Positions 38,942-53,898 of a stretch of DNA of 64,000 nucleotides are shown one piece after another. Origin of the DNA: Malacoraja senta (Eukaryota). The stretch lies in the NCBI GenBank assembly GCA_038087875.1, contig CM075984.1, positions 11,966,001 to 12,030,000 on the forward strand, in the 5' to 3' direction. The notes beneath the pieces were generated by a model, which searched no databases, was not told the DNA's origin, and saw only the letters and a program-made list of their open reading frames with translations. The position numbers were made by a program, and so were the translations under genes. Position 1 is the stretch's first letter. Every line of letters begins with the position of its first letter.

Positions 38942-41900
38942 TTTTCGAGTATTATATTCTGTAAAGCTATCTTTACTGAAGTAACTCTGGTGTATATCAA
39001 CTTCATTTGGCTGTGAGAAGGACATTAGTGCTGGCAAGCAATGGTGAAACATTCAACAATTGCAACTCAATATTTCACAAGGTGGAATTCAGTTTATACA
39101 TTAACGCTTAACACAAATCTATTAGCCATTCTTTTGACAATGTAAAATGGGGTTTGGCCATGTACCTCAGGAAATAGGCCTTGATCTGACAAGTAGAAAT
39201 GGGGAGATGAGAAACTTTAGTTTTCTCTTACTATGTGGCCATCTCCAATTATTTTGCCTTGACTGCGATATTTCTTTGGCTAAACGATCTGTTGGGCACT
39301 TTTAAAACTTACCTCTCAAGGTTAGCCACCAACGTAGCTGAGCTCAATTCATACATAAGACTCCATATGGGTGGCCATCCTACAGCTCAGAATTGGCAGT
39401 ATAATTCAAGTCAGTTAATTGCACATTGTAAGTCTAGGTAAGATTACAATTATCTGCCCATATGTATTATTGCAAATGTGCAGCATTTGGTGTGGGTGTT
39501 AAATATTGGCCAGTGTAATGTGGTACTAGGAAATAAAAGGGTATTTGCTGTTAACTTCACACATCTTGATTTAGTTGAATTTTGGTTTATTTTAAGTTTA
39601 GTTTAACTTGTTTTGTGTGGCAAGTTTTTGAAAGTGCAAACTGGCTGTGGCACAATGATGAAAATTGCATCCGAGACTCAAGAGAAGAGCATAAGAGACT
39701 GTATATGCCAGTAACCCGTTTGCTTGTTGGATTGTGAAATTAATAGCACAAGGACTGAGAAGGAAGTATAAATTAGACTGTCTGAATCAAGTGCAGAAAG
39801 ACAATTAAAGGGAGTTTAACAAAGATTAGATTGGCAAAAGAGAGAAAATACAGGGAGAAAAACGATTTTGAGTGTAAAGAAAAGTAAATTTAAGGTTCTT
39901 AACATCTCCCGTTAAAAGTAAAACCAAAGGAATAATATGCAACGGTTGCAATAACAAATTTTAGGCACTGTTCTTTGGCAAAAATTAACACCCAGCGCAT
40001 TGTTAAAAGGTGACATAAATGGAAATGGATACAACTTAATTTTCTGTGTTGTTAAGTTCATATCTACTCGGGAAATACTGAAACGTCACACCATTCAATG
40101 GTTAATACAGAAGGGAGTGGAGAGTGAGGGACACAAGTTTCATAAATGGGCGGATGGTGGAATGGAACATCCAGAAGAGCAACTTTTGAATAGTTCTGAT
40201 TAACTGTGCATTTGCTCCTGTTGTAAGGTTGTTGGAAACATTTGCTGACAAATAATGGCAAGTTTCACTATCATCAAACATGGGAGTTTGACTTATTGTC
40301 TCATCTATGTAGCAAATGTAGTTTGCAATTTGATGCAAATGCAATTTGAACCTCATATATAAAAACAGAGAAGACAAGATCCTTTTAACCCTTGTATAAT
40401 ATTACTTTAGGACATTCCTGAGTGCAAGACTTTGCAGAAACAAACATAAAAGCGTTAGAATGAAAATCTAGAGCCATAGAATATAACTACCTATAAACAT
40501 AGCAAAATGGCAAATACACAAAGAAGCTCCATGTACAGAGTAACCATACAGTGATGTCATAGCCATTGAATATTATTGAGCCTTGAAAAGGTTAATAAAA
40601 CATGCAATTTTATCATAGCACCCCAGTCCTGGGATGTCTTCATAATCATATATAAATATGACAAAACATTATTTTCTACATATATCCTACTGAATTTGCT
40701 GAGGCAGGTTAGGGTTTCAAGGCAAGATATCAAACCATCTTTATTCAACCTAGTTCTGTGTGTGACCCCCCCCCCCCCCCATTCAATATGGTCAACACAT
40801 AATTTTGGAGGCAATTGGGGATTGGCAATAAATGCTGACATTTTCAGTGACGTCTATATTTTGTGAACAAATTGAAAAATATTTCTAAAAGCATGCAGTT
40901 TTCCTTGGAACTTCACTCAACTGGCTGTCTTTGCTATGAGTGCTGAGTATGTGAGTGTCAGCAGGATATTTCTATGCTTCATCATCAAAGTTCCTGTGCT
41001 CCTGTGGTCCCTTGATAGTCAGGTATATGCATTTGACAGTAGGACCCCTGGCTGATTTCTGCCTCCCTAGCCCAGAGGAGTTCACGAGTCTATTTCTACC
41101 GCAAACAGACCTACAATAAGAGCACTTATCAAAACATGCTGCTTTCTTTTATTCCGTTTATCAGTTGTAGTGGAGGCAAGGGTGGTGATGAAAGGAATGG
41201 CGATCTATCTCCTAGTGAACAGAGGTAATCAGATGGCTCCCACAGACCTGAATCAGAAGTGGTATTTGAAATATCGTAATTGCCTCACTGCATGTCATAG
41301 GAAAGCAATATTCACTGGAGTCCTGTTACAGCTTCTGAGCAACTAAGACACATGCATGTTTATTGCCTGCAACAGAGCTTTATTATTCTTTCACAAATAG
41401 TCATTATATTTGAATAAAATGTTTGTATAATTTGAAACTTCATAACTGTTCTGCTTTTTTAAAATTTATATTATTCAGCAGAACACTTTTCTATTTTCAT
41501 CCTGTATAATCTCCCTTAATCTACTGTCAATTATTTTAAAGATATTTTAAACTAAAGTTGCATGACAAATTCCAATAGCTATGAGAAATAAAATTCAATG
41601 AGGAATGCTACTGGCCAAACTTTCTAATGTTCTCTCTCCTCTTCAAGGATACTAAATAACTACAGGTAGATATTTATAAGAACAGAACCCCCTGTGGAAC
41701 TTCTCCCTGATTAGTTAGGTTGCAACAGTGGTAGTTTTCAATGGCAGTACAAGCATTAATCTTTCTTCAATAACAATTGAAAACACAACTTCAAAACAAA
41801 AGATCCAAAACAATGAGCCTTTGACTTTTACAGCACTGGAAGCCAGTAAATGCCTTTGTGTCCATGCCACTGTTTGTCTTCTGATCCAAAACTAAATTTA

Positions 41901-43921
41901 CTGTCCTATTTAATTGCCTTGGATCATGGCAACGCCAATCCTTCCCCCTCCTCAAGACTTCCACCTCCGCCCCCCCTAATACCGCATCAACCTCAACTTC
42001 ACAACTATCTATTATCCTGTGCTTCAATATACAATTTTTGTTTGAACATTATATATTCAACAGCAAATATGATTTATATATTAAAAAACACACAGGGTCT
42101 ACTGTTTGTATATATATATCACTAAATGTATGAACGTATTATTTTTTAAATAAATGTTAGGCATCAGCTGGAGAATTTTGCTCAGTTTTAGACTCTGTAC
42201 TTCGGATAGGATGTTAATGCTTTAGATTTACTGGAGGAGTGGCAAGACCGAGGGATTCCAGTGATGTGAAAAGACTATGGAAGCTGGGATTATTCTCCAA
42301 GAGTACAACAAGTTAAGAGGATATTTAGTGGAGGCATTCAACATTCATGAATTTTATAGTGGTTAGGGAGAATGTTTGCAGCATCACCTTAAACGTGCAT
42401 CCCATGGTTACTCATTATCCTGTCAATATTTAAGATGATTCATAAAAAATTAAACCAGACGGAAGATGAAGAAAATAAGCAGCAAGCTTTTGTGACCTGG
42501 AATGCATTACGTGAAAATAAAAGTGAAAATACTTTCATAAGGGAATCAAATAAATACTGGATGGAAAGAAGATGTCTCTGTGATGGAGTAAGGGGATGGC
42601 AATGGCTCTTTAAAGAGTTGGCTGCAGTGATGATTATGTGAATGGGTTTTTATGCTGTATGATTGTAAAGTGAGGAAGATAAACGTATATGTGTGTTTTA
42701 GCTTGCAGTCATTTTGGATGGTGTACATAAAAATAGTCTCTGTTTTTGTTATGCAGTGGAGATTGAACTGAACTTGGAGGTGGCTATGCAAATGCCCCAC
42801 AGGATTTTACTCAATGGTCCTGCTTATGAGGCTGTGTTAGAAAGAATCTCTGGGAAGAGTGTTAACACTTTACAGACACCAATCATGGGTACATATGTAG
42901 ACATGATAAGCAAACATTGGCCTAAAAACTTTAATTATATGAATGCAAAGTGTGATTGTATATAATTAAGTAACTGAATCTTAAGATATTGCACATTCAT
43001 CTCCAGTTGTACATCAATATGGAAAACTAATGGCAACATGTTTCATTTTTAGTTAAATTCTGTTTTTGTTCTTTATTGATACTTTTATGATTTTATTATT
43101 TTTTTTATAAAGGAGGGAATCTTCTTCCTTTTACTTGTGAAATTATTTTAAATTAAGCATTTATATTGTTGATTCCAACTAATTTTTGTTTACATCTCAT
43201 TTTGAATGGTTATTTTATTCCAGCTTTGGCTTTGCTCTTCTCTGGTTTTCTGCCAAGCTCGGCTTCCTGTCCAAGAGATTTGGCACATGACCTTTGCCAG
43301 GCCTGAATGACTGGGATAAAATGGAACGATGGCCAAGCAAGTTCTCCAAAGCAATCAAACACTAAAGGGAACCACCCTGTACTGGGCCAGAGTTTCTTCC
43401 ACTCCTTTTAGCTTAATACTTCTGAACAGCATTCTAAACACTGCGCTGACCTTAACAATTCACTATTCATTCTTTTGTTGCATGTTTAAGAATATAGTTT
43501 CATGTACTGATGATAGAAGTGCTAACAGCATTGAATATTGTATTTGTTTTTATATACATGTTAATGCAAGCATTAATGTTCAATGCATGTAATACTATTC
43601 TGAATTGATTAAAACCTTAATGAATATGTTGAACTAACAATAACTATCTTAATAAAACAATTATGAAATTAAAATTATTTTTTTAATGAAATTGAAGAGT
43701 GATGAACAGTTTTATTTCCATAAATAAAATGATGTGAATTCCTTTTTCCTACACTCTGCATTATCTCACTACAATGAACCTTGTCTGACTCCAAATGATT
43801 TTCCAGGATTTTGATATTTGTTATTGTGGATGGAGTATCACATTAACCTTTTGCCCTTTCATATCTGTACACACTTTCTCTCCTGTTACAAGCCATGTCT
43901 TGTTCTGTGGGTGGAGCAGCA

Positions 43922-44028
43922 GTGCATATCCATGTACTACCTGGACCATTTACTACTGTGCATTACCATATACCACCTGGACCATATACTACTGTGCATA
44001 TCCATATACTATATATATATATATATAT
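43922..44028. repeat. 36-bp minisatellite (about 2.5 copies) followed by (AT)n
   Basis: gtgcatatccatgtactacctggaccatttactact at 43922, 43958 and partially at 43994. Confidence 0.85.
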
Positions 44029-44907
44029 CCACAAACTCTCCATATACTACCCAGTCCAGGCTAATTCACACACTCTCACTTCCTCACATCATTTGCTGCA
44101 TTGGCCAAAAATATCCACACATCAAAGCCACTTAAAACTTAAAACTGTTCACATTCAATTGCCTAAAATATATTTAATATATATAATTCTGTTATTAGTT
44201 TACAATGTTTATGCTATATATTTATGAAATTTAAAAATCTATTCTATGCACAGCACAGGAAATTCATTAAGTTGCACAACACATATATCATTAACAACTT
44301 TATAACATCATACTGTTGCGCTAGTCACGTTTTAACCAAACATTTAGCACTTTTATTTTACTGTTACCATCTATAAAAAGATCACATGTTTATCCTGCTA
44401 TTCCAGATTCTTTCTTGTATTTATAAATAAATAAATAAATAAATAAATATATAAATAAAGGGAATAATATGATTTATAGCAAACGTCAAGAAGACCAGCC
44501 ACTGTTTTCAGTCACTGTCGCAAACTTAGTTCCAGAGTCAATTACTCCATCCTGGCATCTAAAACTGAACCAGACTACATTAGTGCATAGTTAACTCTGA
44601 CAGAATCTTAGTACTATATATTTGCACCACCATCAAGGGTATACATTTTCAGTTTTGCAATAATAAGAGACACCACCCCTTTTAAAGGCATCTCCTGCTG
44701 AAACCCTCAGCTGTGCCATAGTTACCTCTTGGCTTAACTATACCAAATACTTCAAATCTCCTCTCTCATATCTATTAACTTGAGATCATCTCATTTGTGA
44801 ACATAATGACTCAATCACCATAGAACCCTGGTAGAGAATCCCATATCTCATGACTCTCTGAAAGAAGAAATGTATCCTTATGTATCTTAAAAATCCTTCC
44901 TTTCATC

Positions 44908-45195
44908 TTTAGACTTCAGGGATACAGCGCGGAAACAAGCCTTTCGGCCCACCAAGTCCACTCCGACCAGCGATCACCCTAAACACTAGGGACAATTTAC
45001 AATTTTTACAGAAGTCAATTAACCTACAAACCTGTACACCTTGGGGGTGTGAGAAGAAACGAGAGCATCCGGAGAAAACCCACGCGGTCACAGAAAAAAT
45101 GCACAAACTCTGTACGGACAGCTCCCATTGTTAGGATCAAACCCGGGTCTCTGGCACTGTAAGTTAGCAACTCAACCGCTGCACCACTGTGCTGC
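44908..45195 (-). mobile_element. HE1/V-SINE-like SINE
   Basis: Reverse-complement match to the family structure. Confidence 0.87.
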
Positions 45196-45210
45196 TCCTT
45201 GAGACTATTA

Positions 45211-45468
45211 AGGGCCTGTCCCACTTGGCGATTTTTTCGGCGACTGCCGGCATCATTGACTGAAGTATCAAGGTCGCCGAAAGATTTAGAACATTTCAAA
45301 ATCCAGTGGCGACAAAAATAATGTTGCGACACTTGAGGAAACGCCGCGCGTCAATACGTCATCACGCCGTGTCACCGCCTCGTCACGCTGCATCACGCCG
45401 TGACTTTTTCGGTGACCTGTTACGTCAGTCAATGATGCCGGCTGTCGCCGAAAAAATAGCCAGGCCCT
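45211..45468. mobile_element. PIF/Harbinger-type MITE (258 bp)
   Basis: About 70-bp TIRs starting agggcctgtcccact (right TIR has a 9-bp deletion); TTA duplicated at 45208-45210 and 45469-45471. Confidence 0.85.
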
Positions 45469-47132
45469 TTAAGCTCCTATAAAGATCTTATGTGGTCCAG
45501 ATGTCACTTTCTAAACTCCATGGAGTATAGCCCAGTCTTCCCAATCTCGACTCATTAGGTTGTTTCACTTTACTTAATGTCAATCTTATGAATTTTCTCT
45601 GCACTGTATCTCAGGGAAGCATTTCATTCTTTAAACAAGAGGACCCAAAGCATACAGAGTGGTCCCACTGTGTCTCATCAACGTACAGTGAAGTTGCAGC
45701 AAAACATCCCTATTTTTAGTGCGTATTCCCCTTGCAGTAAAGATTAAAATAGAGAGATAATTCTCCATAAAAAAGCAAGCTAAATTTGGTGGAATGAAAT
45801 ATACAATTTTAGGTCATGTATCTTGAGGTGGCCAGAGTGGATATGGTTGGATAGTTCCCCTTTCAATGACGATTGGTGCCCACATTGCTGCAAGCAACTG
45901 AGATTGATTTTAAATGCATGCAAACGTAACCATCCTCTTTGCAGTGTCCTTTGCTAGGTGCAAGGCTAGTTTTGACTGGAGTGGAGAAGGCTTACTGCTA
46001 ATGGGAATGTTGTTATGTTGAATAAAACATGCAATTAAATTATTCGTTTGGTGATTCTGAAAGAAGAAATAAAAATTAAAAAAATTCTTTAAACTGTAGC
46101 ATGCAGCTGGTAAAAAAGACATCAATGCAGCTGAGAAGATATTTGTTGACTGGTGTGCAGCGGGTAGAACATTGTCATGAGTGGGCAATGCTAAATGGGT
46201 GCTAATGCAGCCATTTGCACATGCCATCAGATATAGACATCAATAGGACTGAATGGGCCAAATTGTGCTGGCTATTACCAGCAGTTCTGGCGATCATCCA
46301 TTCAAACCGAAGTCCGCCTCTGATTTAGACACTTGCACTGCTATGCTAGTCTCCGTCTTGTTGACAGATTTGGAAGGCTGGGGATTTGCCTCTTGGATCC
46401 TACGCCAGATCAGAGCTGGCCTGTGGTCAGAAACCTCATTGATTTCAGTAGGGATTCTAATCCTGCGGGTTAGAAGGCAAGGGAAGGGTGTGTTAGTTTT
46501 CAATTATTGTTATGGTTTTTAATTACCGGATTATTTACTATTGACATTTTATTATCTGTTTCATGCTTTTAATTATATGATTTTTTCAATTTAATTTAAA
46601 ATAAATTTGTTTAATTTTATTCATTTTTAAATGACTCTGAAGACTAGAAATGTAAAAATATTATCAAAGTCAGTCACAGTTTTGATAGAAGACAGAGCCC
46701 TTCCTCCTGGTTTGCCTTTTCTTTGGTTCAGTAACACGTTCTCCACCAAAACTGCACCTTTGAGCCCAGAGATGAGAAGAGTCCCCAAGGTCAGACCCAG
46801 TGTGGGGGACAGAGACCTGCACAATCCTGCTCAATTGTCACAATGGAGTGACAATGTGTTTACAACTGTGTATCTAAGGTGTATTTCATATACTAACCAT
46901 TCAAAATACAGCAGCCAGCAGCAATGGTTGAAGAAATATCCCTTTATGAATGATTGCTGTTTTTGAGCTCTCAGCACAAACCACAGCAAGGACTGCACTG
47001 GGTTTAAGTTTGAAGTGTAATTAAAGTACAAGTTGTGAAGTGAAACATTTAATTGCAAAATGAAAGGAAAGGTTTTGGAAGGGTAATGAGAGGGCATGGC
47101 AGACGCATGTGTGGCTAAGTGCGACTCCACTG

Positions 47133-47560
47133 CCAAGTCAGGTCAAGTCGTGTTTGGAGTCACATGCACAAGTAAGGTGAGATAGAGGTTCAATGAAAAT
47201 CTTGTTTGTAGCAGCATCACTGACACATGGAGTCAGACAACACATACAAACATAGTATAAATATATAACGCATAAATTACATGCAAATTCTATAAAACAG
47301 ATGGTTCAAAAGACAAGACATGAATGCAAAAAATACACAATTTGAAAACAAGTTCACGGGTAGTTCAAGAGATTTCTTGAGTTAAAACTACGGTTGTGCA
47401 GGTCAGTTCAAGAACCTCATAGTTGTAGAGTCATATAGGAAAGTAGCTGTGCCTGATCATGGTGATGTGGGACCTCAGGCTTCTGTACCTCCTGCGCGAT
47501 GATAGCAGTGAGAAGAGGGCCTCACCCAGAAGGTGGGACTCCTTGATGATAGATACCTTC
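47133..47560 (-). mobile_element. Rex-Babar 3' fragment
   Basis: Minus strand reads gcaggaggtacagaagcctgagg...cagctacttt. Confidence 0.75.
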
Positions 47561-47589
47561 TTGTGGCCATCTACAAATTCACCGATATA

Positions 47590-48262
47590 CCACTATCATT
47601 GAGTCAACATACAGTATAGAGATAGAACACCTATTTGAAGACCACGTACCTATTTACATTGGTGGGTCGGCAGTGAAGACAGTTAGCAGCTTCAAAATCC
47701 AGGGCATTTACATTCCCTGTGACCTGTCCTGTTGCCAGCACATAGATGCAATTTTCTTAGAAGATTGAAGAGATTCTGCATGTCTCTAGCAATCTTCTAC
47801 AGAGGCACTTTAGAAAGTACCCTGACTGGCTGCACCATGGCCAGGTAGTGCAATTATGATGCACAGGAAGATAAGAGGCTGCGGAGAGTGGTGGACTCAG
47901 CCCAGTTCCATCGCGGGCACAGCTCTCCACACCATCAAAAGCTTCCACACTAGGTACTGCCTGAAGGTGGGATCTTTCATCAAGAATCTGCAACATTCAG
48001 GCCAAGAGCTCCTTTCAATGCTACCGTTGGGCAGGAGGTACAGAAGCCTGCAGTGCAACACTACCAGATTCAAGAACAGCTACTTCCTTAGAACCTACAG
48101 GATCTTGATCTGACCTGCATAATCACTATCCTGCCTCAGTAACTGAACTCTATGGACCATTTGTTACACCATAGCAGACTTGTTTCTTTCAATTGTATTT
48201 GGCACCAATATCTTGTTTTTGACACTTATTTCCATTGCTTGTGGTATTTATGTGTAATTTAT
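47590..48262 (+). mobile_element. Rex-Babar 3' fragment (UTR resumes near 49525-49636)
   Basis: LPLGRRYRSLQCNTTRFKNSYF in ORF 47856-48113. Confidence 0.82.
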
Positions 48263-48267
48263 GTTAC

Positions 48268-49195
48268 AATCAAATCTGTTTAACCTTACCCACTGCCTCG
48301 AGGATATAAAGTGTTGGATGGCCCAGAACTTCTTCCAACTAAACGAGAGTAAGTCTGAGGTCATCCTTCTCGGCCCCTCGGACTCAATCAAAATGATAGC
48401 AGGCAGCCTTGGAAGCCTTACCCCACTACTCAAACCTCACGTCAAAAACCTTGGCGTGATATTTGACTCAGCATTGAAATTTGACAAACAAGTCAATGCC
48501 GTGGTAAAAAGCTAGCTTCTTTCAGCTTCGGACGATAGCTAAAATAAAACAATTCCTCCAGTTTGATGACCTCGAAAAGATCATCCACACATTCATCTCC
48601 TCCCACCTAGATTACTGCAACTCCCTTTACACTGGCATCAGCCAATCTTCCCTGTCCCGCCTGCAACTGATCCAAAACGCCGCAGCGAGGCTCCTGACGG
48701 GCACCAGAAAAAGGGACCACATCACCCCGATCCTGGCCTCTCTCCACTGGCTCCCTGTGCGGTTCCGTATAAACTTCAAGATCCTCCTCCATGTCTACAA
48801 AGCCCTCAATGGGCTTGCCCCCACCTACATAAAAAGTCTTCTCACCCACCACTCCACCTCCAGGCCCCTCAGATCGGCCACTTGGGGTTGCTGAATATCC
48901 CACGGTCTATGCATAAGCTCAGGGGCGACCGCGCCTTTGCGGTTGCAGCCCCTGGAAGTGGAACAGCATCCCCCTTCCCATCAGAACTGCCCCCTCCATC
49001 GACTCTTTTAAGTCAAGACTAAAAACGTATCTATACTCCCAAGCCTTTCCTGACGTCCTCTGAGTGAGGGCTACATGTATATATGTACGTAGTTTGTTTT
49101 GTTTGTGCTATTCTTATAACAAATGTAAAGCACTTTGGCCAACGAGAGTTGTTTTTTAAATGTGCTATATAAATAAATGTGACTTGACTTGACTT
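48268..49195 (+). mobile_element. L2 LINE 3' fragment, well preserved
   Basis: CLEDIKCWMAQNFFQLNESKSEVI, VKNLGVIFDS, LDYCNSL, LQLIQNAAARLLT, HITPILASLHWLPVRFRINFKILL motifs; tail tgtaaagcactttg...aaataaa(tgact)n. Confidence 0.93.
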
Positions 49196-49214
49196 ATGTA
49201 CAATTTATGACTTT

Positions 49215-49523
49215 TAGACCTTAGGCTTTAGGGATACAGCGCAGATGCAGTCCCTTCATTCCACCAAGTCTGCGCCGACCAGCGATCACCCTGTACACTA
49301 GCACTATCCTACACACTTGGGACAATTTACATTTTTTTTTAAACCGAAGGCAATTAACCCACAAACCTGTATGCCTTTGGACTGTGGGAGGAAGCTAGAG
49401 CACCGAGAGAAAACCCACATGGTCACAGGGAGAACACACAAACTCCGTACAGACAGCACCCGTAGTCAGGATCGAACCCGGGTCTGGCGCTGTAAGACAG
49501 CAACTCTACTGCCATACCACCAT
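49215..49523 (-). mobile_element. HE1/V-SINE-like SINE
   Basis: Reverse-complement match to the family structure. Confidence 0.85.
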
Positions 49524-51057
49524 GCAAAGTATGCTTTTGCGTGTTGACCAAGTCTACATGCCTGTGATGCTGTTGCAAGTAAGATTTTCATTATACCAAC
49601 AACTCACTGTCATTGTGCATATGACAATATATTCAATGGGATCCAAATGAATCTAGACCTGCACTGACCAAGGCAGGAAGAATGAAAGGAGGGATGGAGG
49701 CAATCATGGAATTGAATATTTGTGTGAAGGACATGTGTTTGTTTCTTACAATTATTACAACAGGAAAACAGCTGGAACAGCAAACCTGAACTCTAGATAG
49801 TGTTCTACATACAGTACCTTTGAGATGTCCTTGATTTCTCCACCATTTGCAGCAACACTGCATTCCATGCTATTTATGAGAAAGATCTAAAGCACTCACT
49901 CTGAAACTGAAAATCAATGTTATGTGAACAATGCTCTCAACAATACTGACAAAACAAATTTGGTCTGCAAGCAAAGGACATTTCATTCTGGTGGGGGCAT
50001 GTCATACAAATTCATGGAGAGGACAAACTACTTTGTGGATGGATGCAAGCATCATCTTGAAAATAACTTGCTACAATTAATGAGGTCATACAGTTAAGGT
50101 TTGAAAGGATAGGGTTCACGATCATTATATGCATTGAATTTGAGTAATAATTAACTTTTGGCAATCTGCAGTAGTGTGTGACGAGGTACTGGGTTTTGCA
50201 AAATGTAAAACATCAGAGCCTGAACTTTATAGTCTGGAGTCCAGGATGCAAACAATAAAGAACTATTCAAATCTTTTATTGTAACTCACAAGGTAATACA
50301 AGAGTTTGACGTGTTACTTGAATGTTTGAGCTGATAAATAACTTGCACTGGATTATAAACAGACGTGTCTATCTATGAGCACAAACATGGTCTAAAATGT
50401 AATGCTCTGCTTGCCACCATGTAAATGACTGCTTTGACTGATGGAACATCATAGGTATCCTTTCTTGGTTGGTAGTGAAGCGGGTCGAACGTGCTTTTTG
50501 AAATGCTGGCACATTTGGAGATCTCTGATGTATCCCAGAGTGAGTTATTTTCCACGGATCAGTGTGAACCTTGCTCAGTCATTAAAGTGAAACACAAATC
50601 AGTCTGGTCTTCTTCTATTTAATTTGGACAATGTGGATCTGGGGGTATCCAACGGGTACAATGGGCTTGACCTTCTTTGAAAGTAAGGGCGAAGCTAATG
50701 ACACAAATTGCACTGCAACATCAGGGGAGTGTTCAGCATGACTATCTGGAAGGTATTATTTTTCACTTCCATTAGCTGCTCAAAATTATCATTCAACCAT
50801 TTGGATCCCCGATTCATTGGATTGACCAGGACAAGATGCTGAATCTGACATTGTAGATACAGAGAAACTCCACCACAGAAGGTAGTGCTGTCCACTCTGG
50901 TCTAAACACATTTTTGCAGAGCTGCACATCTTCATTACTGCAAATGACTTCTCTTCCACTCAAAGGTAATTTTTTACAAATGTGGTGGCCTCTTCTATAC
51001 ACTTTGTAAATTTTCTAAAAGCTTAGCTTAAAAACAAACAGAAAGGATTGAGTTTGT

Positions 51058-51155
51058 TGAAACAAGGAACTGCAGATGCTAGTTTACAATAAAACACAAA
51101 GCAGTGGAATAACTCTGTGGGTCAGGAAGCATCTCGGGAGAACACAGATAGATGC
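51058..51155 (-). mobile_element. Penelope-derived tail remnant
   Basis: ggaactgcagatgctagtt...gtcaggaagcatctc. Confidence 0.65.
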
Positions 51156-51809
51156 AGTTACCATCAAAACTTGTCAAATATTTGTCAATTAAAGTAAACT
51201 AACAGGATAGTGTACAATTAGATTCATACTTAGGAAATACTTTGCTTGCATGCTTGGTGATTAAATTAAATATATATTACACAGTTATATTACACATGAA
51301 AGATGTCGCTAAAGCAAAATGCAAAGTGATTATGAGAGATATGAGCAGAGCAGTTAAAATATTTTAATCAAAAAGTTCAATTTAGATTTAGTCGAGCTTC
51401 TTCAGTAAATATCACAGGACAAAATATTTGTGCTCAGATGGAATACTTTAGTAATGAATGAGCTCCTCTCATTCTTCAATGCACTGAAGCACTGATTTTT
51501 CAAAAAACCTATTGGTGCTTGGTTATAATGAGTGACTTGCAAAAATGGTCAGTTCTGTTATTGGATTTGTAACACAGAGGGTTATTATATAAAGTTATTA
51601 AGAAGTAGCAGATTATATATTTCCTGCATTTAAACATTGAACTATAGAGCAACACAAAGCAGTTCACAAGTTATATATTGCATCAAAGTGTGCATTAACT
51701 CTGGTTAAGTTGGTGCTGAACATGAAAGGAAATCCATTAACGGAGCAAAACTGAGAAATTGTTAAAACTCTTTTTGCACATGTTTGGTCCCAAGGCCAAC
51801 TCAAGATAA

Positions 51810-52125
51810 GGATAGACACAAAGTGCTGGAGTAACTCAACGCATCTCTAGAAAAGATAGACACAAAATGCTGGAGTAACTTAGCGGGACAGGTAGCATCT
51901 TTGGATAGAAGGAATGGTTGACGTTTTGGGTTGAGACCCTTCTTCAGACTGAGCATCAGGAGGGGAGGGTGTTACAGAGATAAGTTTAAGAGATCAAAAG
52001 AGATGGAGATCAAGGAAAATGTAGAAAAGACCATTGTTAGCTAAGAGAAGGTGACAACAAAGCAAACAGAGGTACAATGAGAACATGGATAGGTTATGTT
52101 TCAGGTTGGAACCTTTCTTCAGGCT
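51810..52125 (-). mobile_element. Two nested Penelope-derived tails
   Basis: gatagacacaaa.tgctggagtaact occurs twice; hammerhead-like motifs at about 51918-51950 and 52090-52124. Confidence 0.75.
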
Positions 52126-53898
52126 CAACAAGGTAAGGAGCTGTTTCTGATAGTTTTAGAAGAGAAAATAATAGCTGGGGGAAGATTGAAGTCTGAAGCG
52201 CCCCTGAAGCAGGCAACACCTTGCAGTAGAGTGGAATTGAAGCCACAGCCTAATTCAAGGTAATGCATGAGTTTGTGATACCAATGTTCCACTTTTAACA
52301 CTTTCTCAGTTTTACTCCTTTCTCCATCATTTACTGGATTTCCTACTTCCTTTCAAGTTCTGCAGCTTCCTCAGAGTATAATCATGTGTATTTTTTTTTC
52401 AGGGAGAATAAATGGAAATATATTACTGCTAATTCAAAGATAACAAATTAATTTTTGTTTTGAAAATGTTCAAAAGAAAAACACCATTCGTTTTCAGCTA
52501 ATAAATAGGGAATACTCATGAAAAGCCAGATCTAGGAGCTGCTTCATCAGCCAACTCTTTCAAGTGTACTTGAGTAGGTTCCTCCTCACTACAAGGTTCC
52601 TGGCTCACAAGAAACTGCACTCAATTCTGCAATGTAGACAGCTGACATTTCATTTCCCACATTGCATAAAACTTCCTTTTGTCATGAATTATTGGAAACA
52701 TTTCTTAGTAAGTAGTTTACTGAAGAAAAAAAACTGTTATACCCTGGAGTAGAAGCTATCTGATTTAGTTATTATCCTGTATTCACAACAAAGGGAACTG
52801 TACAGATCAATGATTTTATTCAATTCAAAGGCATAAAAGTTACTTGCTCAACTTCAGTAGAGATAATTTTCCTCAAATAAATACAATACATAAATACACT
52901 GCTCGATTGTCATCATGTATTGTCTTTCCACTGACTGCTAAGCATGAAATAAAAGCATTTCACTGTACCTTGGTATACATGACAATAAGCTAAACTCAAA
53001 ACTTAACTCATTAAAACTACCTATATACACGTACAATTAAATGTATTCGAGACAACCAAAAATGCATTTTGCCCTAACTGGAAATGAGATGAATAGGACC
53101 ACAGGAAGAGGAGCAGGGTGACATCTGACTGTAAAGCATCTATCTTTATTGAAGCTGTTTTGGCAGGTAGGAGATGGATGATCAATGAGTGGGTGGCACA
53201 AAGAACACACAACAATCCGTGTCATTCACTGAAATCTCTCCTTTGTCCTCCAATTATAAAAGGAATATCAAACAGTGCCAATATGTTTGGATTTCCCAAC
53301 TGCCACTGCATTCCTTTGTGTTATCAGTTCCCCCATTTTGTGGATGCATTTACTTCCCATTGAAATACGGCACAGATTGGCACAGTTTAGGCCACAGCTC
53401 TCCTTCAAATTCTAAATAGCTGACCTTCGTCAAAATTGTAATTACAATCTATCATATTGCCTGATTAAAATGAGATGCAGAAAAAAAAGCAAGCAAGCAG
53501 GGGAGGCGGTGCAAGCCGGGGGTGGCATCAACAGCCATCGGTAATTCCATCCGCTACAACCAAGATCCCTTATAAGAGGTATGTTAAAATAAGGTTTCAC
53601 TGTATGGCCCAACCTAAGTTGCAATATTACTTCCCGACATTTATGCGCAATGCCTTGGCCAGTGAAGGTAAATATAATTTCATTATCGCTCTATCCACTT
53701 GTGTTGCTACTTTTATGGAGCTATGGATTTGCACCCCAAGATTCCCTTTGTACAACAATCAAATATTGGTCAATAAAATTAATATGGCCAATCAAATAAA
53801 ATAATGCTGATTGATTGAACAGTGAAGGCTCAGTTAGACATTTTTCTTGAAAATGTACATGTTTATTATTGCATATATTTGATTGTAACAAATATTAT

